A DNA stretch of 64,000 nucleotides from a virus: positions 64,001-128,000 of the IMG/VR virus record IMGVR_UViG_3300035171_000016; one strand, 5' to 3'. The notes beneath the pieces are model-generated. The model was not told the origin of the DNA. It saw only the letters and a program-made list of their open reading frames with translations, and did not search any database. Made by a program: the position numbers and the translations under genes. Shown here one piece after another: positions 46,189 to 54,920 of this stretch; the stretch's first letter is position 1; each line of letters starts with the position of its first letter.

Positions 46189-46893
46189 TTAAATAAAATC
46201 TATTTTATCTTTAACCTCTCTAGCTATCTTAATTATATTTCGTTTAATTTGCTGTATTCTAGCATATCCCGGTTTTCTATTTTTTTCGTGGCTAACAAAC
46301 CCCATATCTTTAGCTACTTGTTCTTCTGATAAATTTTTGATATACAAAGCCTCATATATTAACCACATAGATAGCTTTAATTTCTTTTTCATTTCGTCGT
46401 GAAATATTAATATATATTTCTCTGAATCAATGTGGCTGGATGGCATTTCCATTACTTCATTTGTATGATTTTCGGTAGAAACCGGAAGTTTAACATTATG
46501 AGCATATTTTTTACCATTTTCCCATTTTTTATATAATGGACAATTAGAATCTTGTTTTCCGTTTACAGTCCAGTCACATCCATCTGAGCCGGTATTAAAT
46601 ACGCACTTTAAACATGGCCTAGAGCAAGAATCATATACGTTTCTTTTAAGATTTCGTAATTGATTATTAATAATTGTATTAATCCACGGTTCTACCTGTT
46701 TGGTACTATCAAATAAATGCCACTTCTTAAATAAATGAATCCTAATTATTTGTTCAATATCCTCCCAGTCTATTGAAGATATGATTTTTAATTGCCATTT
46801 ATGCTTATTTCTAGATAACAAATTATCTATAATAGGTAACGATTCCTCAAATGTTATATTTTTTTTAGCTTCCGTATTTGGAGTTTCTTCCAT
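46189..46893 (-). CDS. Sigma-like factor with Cys-rich insert
   Basis: D.EDI.Q.I..HL..KW..FD......WI.TII.NQ.RN (region 2); C..PC..C..C..C; HTH EEQVAK.MG. Confidence 0.7.
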   Translation of the reverse strand: MEETPNTEAKKNITFEESLPIIDNLLSRNKHKWQLKIISSIDWEDIEQIIRIHLFKKWHLFDSTKQVEPWINTIINNQLRNLKRNVYDSCSRPCLKCVFNTGSDGCDWTVNGKQDSNCPLYKKWENGKKYAHNVKLPVSTENHTNEVMEMPSSHIDSEKYILIFHDEMKKKLKLSMWLIYEALYIKNLSEEQVAKDMGFVSHEKNRKPGYARIQQIKRNIIKIAREVKDKIDFI

Positions 46894-46926
46894 AGATAAG
46901 TTTATTTTATTTTGATATTCTATGGA

Positions 46927-47421
46927 TTATTCGATTTCAATACTATCTCTTTGTTTTTTTGAGCTACTTAAAAATTCATTTTTAAATTGAGCCTTAGCAT
47001 TTTCTATTTGAGCTTGTTTTTCTGCCTTAGAAAGTCTTTTCTTAGATTGGGGTTTTGGTTTAGGAGTAAAATCTTTATCTATTCCTCTATAACCCTCGGC
47101 AAAAACCTCTGTAGAGCTTTGTCTATTTGGCCGTAAATTATCAACATTAAAATTACATTCAATTTTATCAATTTTTGGAACAGAAGTAGCGTCATTTTCT
47201 ATATCATCATCATCGGATGTCTGAATAGGCTTATTTACAGGTCTGAGATTATTAGATGTTATTGACGGGGTAAGCGTAAAAGACGGTTTGTTGGCCGCTG
47301 GGAGCGGTTTAGACGAGGCAGATGACTCAAGATATGGTTTACCACACTTAGAACAAAAGTTTGGCTTAGAAACAGACCATTCAGTACCAAAGTTACATTT
47401 TAAACAGTAGATTTTTGCCAT
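46927..47421 (-). CDS. Zn-ribbon protein with disordered tail
   Basis: YCLKC...PNFCSKCG. Confidence 0.75.
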   Translation of the reverse strand: MAKIYCLKCNFGTEWSVSKPNFCSKCGKPYLESSASSKPLPAANKPSFTLTPSITSNNLRPVNKPIQTSDDDDIENDATSVPKIDKIECNFNVDNLRPNRQSSTEVFAEGYRGIDKDFTPKPKPQSKKRLSKAEKQAQIENAKAQFKNEFLSSSKKQRDSIEIE

Positions 47422-47476
47422 AACATTAATATATAATAAATTATAGTGTATTTATATGATAATTAAACTAAATAAA

Positions 47477-47505
47477 TAAAAAAAGACAGATTATTGGTCC
47501 GTCTT
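47477..47505 (-). terminator. Intrinsic terminator
   Basis: AAGACGGA-CCAATAA-TCTGTCTT followed by T-run, downstream of the 47550 stop. Confidence 0.7.
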
Positions 47506-47549
47506 GTGTATTACACTAAATTATTAAATATTTAAATATTTATATATTA

Positions 47550-48314
47550 TTATACGCTAGGCATCTTTTTTAGCCTCTCTATAAAAGAGAATACTAGGTC
47601 TTTAGGAAGGTCTTCTATAGTTTTATATTCAGGCTTGAAGGTATTTTCGGCCTTCATTTTATCTTCTAGATGCTTAAACAAAACACCCTTAGCCTTCATA
47701 ATATCACAAAGAAGCTTAACCTGTCTTTGAGGAACTATCGCCGGTCTAGATACCTGTTGCTCCGCTTCTCCGGTAGACGCCCCTAATTCCTCGCGTGATA
47801 CAATATTAATATTTAAACAGTTTCTTACGGCTCGGCAAAAAGCTCTATTAGTGGCAATTTCTAGCAAGTATTTGGTTGCAAAATTACTAGTATTCCCTAA
47901 ATGAGCGCAAGCGTTATCTTGAAACAATAGGCTAATATTTTCAGATTCGTAATTAGGAATTAATTCTAATTCACAATTAACAGCTACATATTCTGGATTA
48001 GCCTCTTTAATATTATATTTTACGGATTTAAAACCTCTTAACTTAGCTAGATATTTAATACCGCCTAATAGAATAATTAAATCGGTATCCTTTACATTAT
48101 CTTTAATAATATCTATTTCTGAATATGGTTTTCCGTATTGTTTTTCTATTCTTTCCCTATGTTTTGGGTCGTTATTAATATAGAGGTATTGAATGGGAAC
48201 CATACTCCTATAATCTATAAGACCATCTTGAGTAAATTTATATTCAATTCCTTTTATTAAGCCGTTTTCGTCGCGCTCAACTTTTTTTAAAATATTTGGT
48301 TTAATTTCTTCCAT
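47550..48314 (-). CDS. Putative ssDNA annealing protein (Rad52/RecT-like)
   Basis: L.GI..LA..RG, A.A......, IA.NRA..RAVR..LNI...EE. Confidence 0.55.
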   Translation of the reverse strand: MEEIKPNILKKVERDENGLIKGIEYKFTQDGLIDYRSMVPIQYLYINNDPKHRERIEKQYGKPYSEIDIIKDNVKDTDLIILLGGIKYLAKLRGFKSVKYNIKEANPEYVAVNCELELIPNYESENISLLFQDNACAHLGNTSNFATKYLLEIATNRAFCRAVRNCLNINIVSREELGASTGEAEQQVSRPAIVPQRQVKLLCDIMKAKGVLFKHLEDKMKAENTFKPEYKTIEDLPKDLVFSFIERLKKMPSV

Positions 48315-48337
48315 AGGTATAAATTTTAACTTAAAAA

Positions 48338-48676
48338 TTAAAATTCATTATCATCTTCTGGCTGAGCTAATGGCGCAGAAGGCTTTTTGGCTACGGTAGC
48401 CGACTTTTTAGGAGCGGCAACAGAAGAACTTTGGGTCTTCGGCTTCCAATCATCTACATAAATACTGTGGGTGTCCCCATTCTTGCCCGGAGCCAGCTTT
48501 TTTGAAATTACTAACTTAACATATCCTTTTTCATTAGGAGAGAGAGATTTAAAACTTTCTAAGAACTTTTCTGGCAAAATGCTTAATTTTAAAATTGAGC
48601 CGCCATTATCAAAGATTTTTTCTTCTACCCAAACGCCATTGATATAAGTTTTAGTCGTATTACTTGAATTATTCAT
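48338..48676 (-). CDS. Putative SSB-like protein
   Basis: Beta-rich core, THS.YVD.WKP, low-complexity linker, acidic tail DDNEF. Confidence 0.55.
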   Translation of the reverse strand: MNNSSNTTKTYINGVWVEEKIFDNGGSILKLSILPEKFLESFKSLSPNEKGYVKLVISKKLAPGKNGDTHSIYVDDWKPKTQSSSVAAPKKSATVAKKPSAPLAQPEDDNEF

Positions 48677-48720
48677 TTATTTTTTTATTTATTGTTAATT
48701 AATCTATTTAAAGTATATCA

Positions 48721-49911
48721 TTAGACCTTATCAGTGTCAAGCTTTTCAAGAAAATACATGAATTCGCTTTCTTCCCACAATAATTCTAATTTTTCATTAA
48801 TAATTTTAATTGGTTCATTTATTGTTGGATTAATATTTCTTCCAATAATATAATCTTGATAACTAGCAAAAAACTTTCCGCCGCCAAGGATTAATTTACT
48901 AGATTTATAATATAAATTATCAATATTAATATTTTTTAATTTATCGGGCATTTCTTTTGATATAACCACAATTGGAGAATAATCTAAATAATCTAATTTA
49001 ATATTATTTAATTTTTCTTGATTTAATTCTGATATTAATTGATATGGAATTTTTAAAGATATTAATTGTTTAATAAAATCTGGATTATTATTTTCGGCTA
49101 TACAATAAACAATACCAGAAATATTTTTCTTATATTTTTGTAGAATATTTAGCGGAATTTCTTTTGTTGTAATAATTTGACAAGGATTTAAGGCTAATTG
49201 ATTTTGCAGTATAGCCAAATTAAAATTCCAATCAATTCTCATTACTAGATTTTGAGCATTTAGTTTTTTTACGTCTATTACGTCTGTAACAGCGGATTCT
49301 AAAAATTTATTATTAAATAAATCTCCAATATATAAGGTATTATATGGATAATTAAAATTATCGTTTAATAACTTAATGACTGATTTAGCAATTTGCTCTG
49401 GTTTAATTTCGTTAATTTGTTTATTTGGTCCCTCGTCTAACGAAAACATTGGATTTTTAGATTTTCTATCTGGTTCTAAAATAATTTGTTTGGATTTGTC
49501 ACCAAAATAAGGACGAACACAATTAGAAAAATTATTAGAGATTAGGTCAACTAATGGTATATTATAATGTCCAGCTAAATGCGCTCCAACTGAATCTGTA
49601 CATAAAACTAGCTTTGATTTGCTGATAATATATTGGAATTGGCCCCAATTAGTGCTTCCTTGTAGATGCCTACAATATTTTAGCGGCCTTTCGTCTTTTG
49701 CGCCTAGCTGTAAAATTTCTATATTATTTTTTTGTAAGTAAGGATAGATTAAATCTAAAACCTCTTCCCAGTAACTATAATTTTTAGATGGTTTGCTCCA
49801 AGGTTGGATAACTATATAGTCATTAGGCAACCCTGGGTAGAATTTTTCACAAGTATGAATCTTGTCAATTTTTTGTCCTGACGTTAAACTATAATTTTGC
49901 ATTATATTCAT
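48721..49911 (-). CDS. GT9 (heptosyltransferase-like) C-terminal domain plus unknown domain
   Basis: YIVIQP....KNY..W..V, QLG...E, L.G.T.....II....L....DS...HLA.....P.V.L. Confidence 0.8.
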   Translation of the reverse strand: MNIMQNYSLTSGQKIDKIHTCEKFYPGLPNDYIVIQPWSKPSKNYSYWEEVLDLIYPYLQKNNIEILQLGAKDERPLKYCRHLQGSTNWGQFQYIISKSKLVLCTDSVGAHLAGHYNIPLVDLISNNFSNCVRPYFGDKSKQIILEPDRKSKNPMFSLDEGPNKQINEIKPEQIAKSVIKLLNDNFNYPYNTLYIGDLFNNKFLESAVTDVIDVKKLNAQNLVMRIDWNFNLAILQNQLALNPCQIITTKEIPLNILQKYKKNISGIVYCIAENNNPDFIKQLISLKIPYQLISELNQEKLNNIKLDYLDYSPIVVISKEMPDKLKNINIDNLYYKSSKLILGGGKFFASYQDYIIGRNINPTINEPIKIINEKLELLWEESEFMYFLEKLDTDKV

Positions 49912-49921
49912 AATAAGATAT

Positions 49922-50770
49922 TTAAATTTTCCATTTTTTAAGAGTTTTATTTTTATGTAATTGTTTTAATTTATTTAAATATCGCACTTTTCTATCTAAC
50001 GATAAATATAAATTATCTTTATATAAATAATCCATAATTATCATTATATTATTAATTCCATAAATATTCATATAATGAACATCTTTTTTAGAAACGGTAA
50101 TATAGTTCTTAATTTTTAATTTATTTTTAATAAAATTAGATATTTGCTCTATAATTTTTCTAGAACCGGAGCAAATGTAAAACTGAGTATTTAAATAATT
50201 AGTTTTTTTACCTTTAACTAAATAATAGTTAATACAACCATCGCCTTCAAAATAACCTCTTAAAAAATATGGCATCAAAGACTGTTTTATATTAGGCATT
50301 TCTACGGTTTTTGATTTATTTTGGACACATCCCAATCTTGCTAAATCCTCGCATATTTTATGACTTCTAATGCTTAATCTTAATAAATTTTTTTTATTTT
50401 TGAGTTTACTCCTATCAATAAATAATAATGGCCTATCTGTTTCAATAATTTTTTGTAATTTATTTAAAACTATCCTATCGCCCTCTTGTATAGAAATGTG
50501 GAAATCTCCATCTTTTAAGTTATTATATCCATCACTAAACGCCCATCCTAAGAAGTATGCCTTATCTAAAGTATTAATATTATTGAAAATATTATGATTA
50601 ATATTATATTTTCTATACGCTCCAACAGCTCTAGATTTTATATTAAATTTTCTTAAAATATTCATAATAGTTACCGCGCTAGTATTATATCTAGCTCCTA
50701 TTTTACTCAAACTCAATCCTTTATTATATAAATTAATAATGATAGGATATTTTCTTTTATCTATTTTCAT
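49922..50770 (-). CDS. LAGLIDADG homing endonuclease (two motifs, N-terminal HTH)
   Basis: AYFLGWAFSDG and FLRGYFEGDGCI, L.RK. Confidence 0.92.
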   Translation of the reverse strand: MKIDKRKYPIIINLYNKGLSLSKIGARYNTSAVTIMNILRKFNIKSRAVGAYRKYNINHNIFNNINTLDKAYFLGWAFSDGYNNLKDGDFHISIQEGDRIVLNKLQKIIETDRPLLFIDRSKLKNKKNLLRLSIRSHKICEDLARLGCVQNKSKTVEMPNIKQSLMPYFLRGYFEGDGCINYYLVKGKKTNYLNTQFYICSGSRKIIEQISNFIKNKLKIKNYITVSKKDVHYMNIYGINNIMIIMDYLYKDNLYLSLDRKVRYLNKLKQLHKNKTLKKWKI

Positions 50771-50773
50771 AGT

Positions 50774-52720
50774 TTATACGGGGACAAAAACCGAATTATT
50801 TGATAAATAATTAAGAAATTTTTGGGTTCCGGCAGCAACAAAACAATATCCATTAAACATACCCTTTCTCTCTCCCTGACCAATACAATATATTTCAGAT
50901 TGCATAAAATCTTGATAAGGCAATACTTTATCGAGATACGGATTTAAGTCAAATAACTCCGAAAACTCTGGTTTAGTTGCCAAATATAAATTCCATTCTT
51001 CGCTAGGATATGATTCTCTAAAAGATTTAAGAGTTGCGGATACATATAAACAATCCCCTGCGGACTCTGGACATACAATTAAAAATTGTTTTTTGCCATT
51101 ATTTATTAACAAAGACTCAAAAGGAATTTGCGGCTGTACTTTTTGATTATGTTCCATTGCCGCCCTACGGAATGAATTTACTAGACTTTCTCTCAATTTT
51201 CTTTTTTCTCCATCTTGAGATAGAAATTTCATCCAATGCTGTTTACCACTATCATTTTCCGGCAAATTCATATTCAGAATTTCTTTATAACAGTGGTCAA
51301 TAAACTCAATATCGGATTGCTTATCTTCTATTCTAGCATTAATATTTTTCAGTTCTTTCTTTCTATTAAAATAAGAGTCCCAATCAATCTTTTTGCAAGA
51401 ATCAAAAAAAGATTCTAATTTGCCAGCAATAACATTGGCGTCAAAGTTTTCAACCGTCCATTTTCTTGCTCTTTCTGTAATATCTTTCTTTTTTTCTGGA
51501 GAAAGATTATAAACAAGCTCATAAAATTCAGTAATTGATTTAATATCAGGCACGAATTTTTTAAAACCAGTTCCAACCTCTCTAGTATAGGTACCCCTTA
51601 GAGAAAAAACGAAATCATTTTTGACATAATCTTCTCCACAAGAATATGGGAAAGAGGCAAATGGTATTCCAGCCAGCATTGATTCTTGGCTTGTTAATTC
51701 GCTTCCACCACTATTAGGACAGCTACAAGAGCCATCGGCCAAATTATAAATTTTATTTAAATCTTTTTCGTTGATGGTACTAGTAATTCCTGCGCTAATT
51801 CTACTTTTCTTTGATTTACAGGTAGGACAGTCCAAATCTTCTCCGTCATGCGGGGCTACTTCCCATTCTTGACAATTTTTACAAAAATATGTGCATAAAA
51901 CATCTTCCTTGTTAAGTTTAAGTTCATCTCTAATTCTATCAATTGGCCAGCCGTTAGGTTCGGTAAAAGAAGTATGTAATAATAATCTTACTTTCTTATC
52001 AGGATTTTTTAGTTTAAATTCTTTTAAACCCTCTAGAAGAGCCCATGCTTGTTTTCTTAATTGGTTTCTAAATACATAAATAATAACTTTTTCATCATCA
52101 TTAATATTAAATTTACGTCTTAATTCTAATCTTTCTTTATTTGGTAGAGGATAGAAATCGTCAGTATTGAAAGCTGGAAATAGTGTTTTACAATGTCCAT
52201 ATTTTTCAATATTTTCTTCTTTTAATGCTCTTTCTGCAAAGCTAGACCAAAAATACATATTAGGACAATTTTCTGCCCATGTTTTAAAATTAGGTAAAAT
52301 AGGCTCAGAATCAGCGGTTGTCCATTGAATAAAATTTTGTTTAATATGTTTATACCAGTCTTGACTTATATAAGATTCTTCACTAGAACTCCAAATATCA
52401 TCTGCGTGAATAACGCAATCTAACCTGTTTTCTGTAACAAATTTTTCCACTACATTGTTTCCATAACTAACCCACCTTCTATATCCTTCATCCTGATTAA
52501 ATCTGTTCTGGTCAAAATTAACCATTGTACCAAAGCTTTTCCAAGGATATTTTTGAAAACTGGGGTCATTATCTGAAAATCCTTGATTTAGAAAGTATAT
52601 ATCATATTTATTTGTCTTATAAATAATTGGTAGCCAAGCTTTTACGCATCTAGCTAAACCTGTTTTTAAAGAGATATTATTGGTAATTATACCAATTTTA
52701 AGTTTGTCTTCCATGTACAT
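50774..52720 (-). CDS. GT4 glycosyltransferase with Zn-ribbon insert, DUF4214-like domain and GT9 N-terminal domain
   Basis: TGLAR, FRNQLRK, CKNC..CPTC, LN.IYN..D, GG.EL...E....G; FI...Y..IL....D.G..HW; ESAGD...LKS....YP...NPY.DKV. Confidence 0.85.
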   Translation of the reverse strand: MYMEDKLKIGIITNNISLKTGLARCVKAWLPIIYKTNKYDIYFLNQGFSDNDPSFQKYPWKSFGTMVNFDQNRFNQDEGYRRWVSYGNNVVEKFVTENRLDCVIHADDIWSSSEESYISQDWYKHIKQNFIQWTTADSEPILPNFKTWAENCPNMYFWSSFAERALKEENIEKYGHCKTLFPAFNTDDFYPLPNKERLELRRKFNINDDEKVIIYVFRNQLRKQAWALLEGLKEFKLKNPDKKVRLLLHTSFTEPNGWPIDRIRDELKLNKEDVLCTYFCKNCQEWEVAPHDGEDLDCPTCKSKKSRISAGITSTINEKDLNKIYNLADGSCSCPNSGGSELTSQESMLAGIPFASFPYSCGEDYVKNDFVFSLRGTYTREVGTGFKKFVPDIKSITEFYELVYNLSPEKKKDITERARKWTVENFDANVIAGKLESFFDSCKKIDWDSYFNRKKELKNINARIEDKQSDIEFIDHCYKEILNMNLPENDSGKQHWMKFLSQDGEKRKLRESLVNSFRRAAMEHNQKVQPQIPFESLLINNGKKQFLIVCPESAGDCLYVSATLKSFRESYPSEEWNLYLATKPEFSELFDLNPYLDKVLPYQDFMQSEIYCIGQGERKGMFNGYCFVAAGTQKFLNYLSNNSVFVPV

Positions 52721-52774
52721 ATAATATTATTTATATTTAAAAATTAAACTAATTTAATATAATATTTTGATAAT

Positions 52775-52804
52775 ATGGAATAAAAAGGAATAATCTTATT
52801 CCAT
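52775..52804. repeat. Direct and inverted repeats upstream of portal
   Basis: ATGGAATAA, AAGGAATAA (10-bp period) and inverted TTATTCCAT. Confidence 0.65.
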
Positions 52805-52807
52805 TTA

Positions 52808-52812
52808 GTGTA
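52808..52812 (+). promoter_or_regulatory. GTGTA putative phage late-promoter motif
   Basis: 9 nt before portal ATG; same motif 9-11 nt before four other starts. Confidence 0.55.
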
Positions 52813-52821
52813 TATATTAAT

Positions 52822-54915
52822 ATGAAAAAATTAGCCGAATTTGCAAGAGAAAATAAATTAAACTATAAGAACCTATGGCGAGAAGTTAAAAATGGCACGG
52901 CCTCTATTAAAACCACAACTAAAAATGGAAGAATTTATGTACAGGAAGAGGCCACGGCCTCTAAGTTGGCCAAATTTGTAGATAATGAAGGCAAATTCTA
53001 TACTCCAGTTTTGTCCGGTAAGGATACTATTGTCGCGTCATCAACTCGCAGAAACGCTGCCGCTACTAGTACTCCAACTGATGAATATTATAATATTTCT
53101 AATGGTTTAACTCCATTTAATAATGCGTCTCAAAGAACTGGTGGAGACGGCGGTGGTATGTTTCCGGTTGCAGAGGCTATTCTTTTAACTCAAAAGGCTT
53201 ATTATAATTTTTCAGTTTTTAGAAATATCATAGACTTTATGACAGAGTTTTCATGCTCTAAGATATTCTTACAAGGCGGCAATGCAAAAGCTCGTAATTT
53301 CTTTGAAAATTTCTTTGATTCTATCAATATTAATGCTCTACAAGACAAATTTTTTAGAGAAATGTATAGGTCAGGGAATTGTCTAGTATATCGTTTTCAG
53401 GTAAAAGCAAAACAAGAAGATATAGATAGATTAAATAAAATCTACGGAGCAACAGCCGCCGCTCTAACTCTTCCGTCTAAATATATACTAATTAATCCAT
53501 ATGATATTGGCGTTCAATCTAATATAGTTTTCGGCTCCAATGTAATTTTCTTTAAAAGACTTAATGGTTATGAAGTAAATCGTTTAAGAGCTTCCGAAAC
53601 CCCAGAAGAAAAGCAGTTTTTTGATAGTCTACCAGAAGTAACACAAAAACAAATTAAGGCCGGTTCTGGAACAGTATTAATTCCGCTAGACCCGGAAAGA
53701 TTATATGGAGTTTTCTTTAAAAAGAGTGACTACGAATCTATGGCAATTCCAATGGGTTATCCAGTTCTAAAGGATATTGAATGGAAGGCCGAAATGAAGA
53801 GAGTTGACATGGCTGTAGCTAGAACAATGCAACAAGTTGTTTTATTGGTAAACATGGGATACGAATCTAAAGATGGAACTTATATGTTTGATGGTAAGGC
53901 GGCAGAATCAATGCAAACATTATTTGCTAGCGAATCAGTAGGTAAAGTACTAGTTGCCGACTTTACTACCAAATTAACATGGGCTATTCCAGCAATCGGA
54001 GACTTTCTTGACCCTAAGAAATATGAAATAGTTAACCAAGATATTAAAGAAGGATTAAATTATATATTAACCGGAGGCGATTCTAAGTTTGCTAATCAAT
54101 TTATATCTGTAAAGCTTTTCGTAGAAAGACTTAAAAGCGGAAGAGAAATGTTTTTGAATGAATTTCTTATTCCAGAAATGAAAAAAATATCTGAAAATAT
54201 GGGTTTTAAATCTTGCCCTACTCCAAAATTTGAAGATATTGATTTAAGAGACGAGGCAGAATGGGAAAGAATTGTAACTCAATTAGGTTCTTTAGGTATA
54301 CTTACTCCCCAAGAAACTTTAGAGGCTATGAATTCCGGTAGACTTCCTACCGCCGAAGAATCTATAGAACATCAAAACGAATATCGAGCGCAAAGAGACA
54401 AGGGTTTATACGAACCACTAGTAGGCGGCCCTTATGATACGGCCAAGCTAGCTAAATTAACGGCTGCTCAAAAACCAGCAGCGCAAACAAATCCATCAGA
54501 TTTAGGTGGTCGCCCGGGAAATGTAAAAACCAAACAAACTACTAAAAAAGTAGGTATTTCTAGAGGCTCTATACAAGAAGAGATGGCTATTCAAAGTTTA
54601 TATTCTTTATCTAAAATTAAAGATAATTTAATATTAGCTGCCAACCTTAAAGAAAAAGTAAAGCAATACTATGCAAAAGCAAAAAATATTAAAAAATTTA
54701 ATGACCAACAAATGTTCATTATTAATGAAATAAGCGAATTAATTATAGCTGACTGCAAACCAAATGAATGGGAACTTAATATCGAGAAATATATTAAAGA
54801 GCCAATCGCCTCTAACGAAAAGAATATTAAGGAAATAGAAGAAATAGCTTTAGAACATTCTCTACCTCATTCTTTAGCCGCTATTTTACTTAATAGTAAA
54901 TTAGAAAAAATCTAA
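52822..54915 (+). CDS. Portal protein with N-terminal HTH
   Basis: AY...SVFRNIID.M.EF, E.YRSGN...Y, INPYDI, K..YE....P; size and position near terL. Confidence 0.75.
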   Translation: MKKLAEFARENKLNYKNLWREVKNGTASIKTTTKNGRIYVQEEATASKLAKFVDNEGKFYTPVLSGKDTIVASSTRRNAAATSTPTDEYYNISNGLTPFNNASQRTGGDGGGMFPVAEAILLTQKAYYNFSVFRNIIDFMTEFSCSKIFLQGGNAKARNFFENFFDSININALQDKFFREMYRSGNCLVYRFQVKAKQEDIDRLNKIYGATAAALTLPSKYILINPYDIGVQSNIVFGSNVIFFKRLNGYEVNRLRASETPEEKQFFDSLPEVTQKQIKAGSGTVLIPLDPERLYGVFFKKSDYESMAIPMGYPVLKDIEWKAEMKRVDMAVARTMQQVVLLVNMGYESKDGTYMFDGKAAESMQTLFASESVGKVLVADFTTKLTWAIPAIGDFLDPKKYEIVNQDIKEGLNYILTGGDSKFANQFISVKLFVERLKSGREMFLNEFLIPEMKKISENMGFKSCPTPKFEDIDLRDEAEWERIVTQLGSLGILTPQETLEAMNSGRLPTAEESIEHQNEYRAQRDKGLYEPLVGGPYDTAKLAKLTAAQKPAAQTNPSDLGGRPGNVKTKQTTKKVGISRGSIQEEMAIQSLYSLSKIKDNLILAANLKEKVKQYYAKAKNIKKFNDQQMFIINEISELIIADCKPNEWELNIEKYIKEPIASNEKNIKEIEEIALEHSLPHSLAAILLNSKLEKI

Positions 54916-54920
54916 TTTTT

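Noticed and set aside
47506-47516. GTGTA-T-TACAC palindrome as promoter of the terminase operon
   Set aside because: The minus-strand copy points straight into the terminator hairpin and no start codon follows at the usual distance
49912-50773. Group I intron around the LAGLIDADG gene
   Set aside because: Only 3 and 10 nt flank the ORF, and no intron core was recognised
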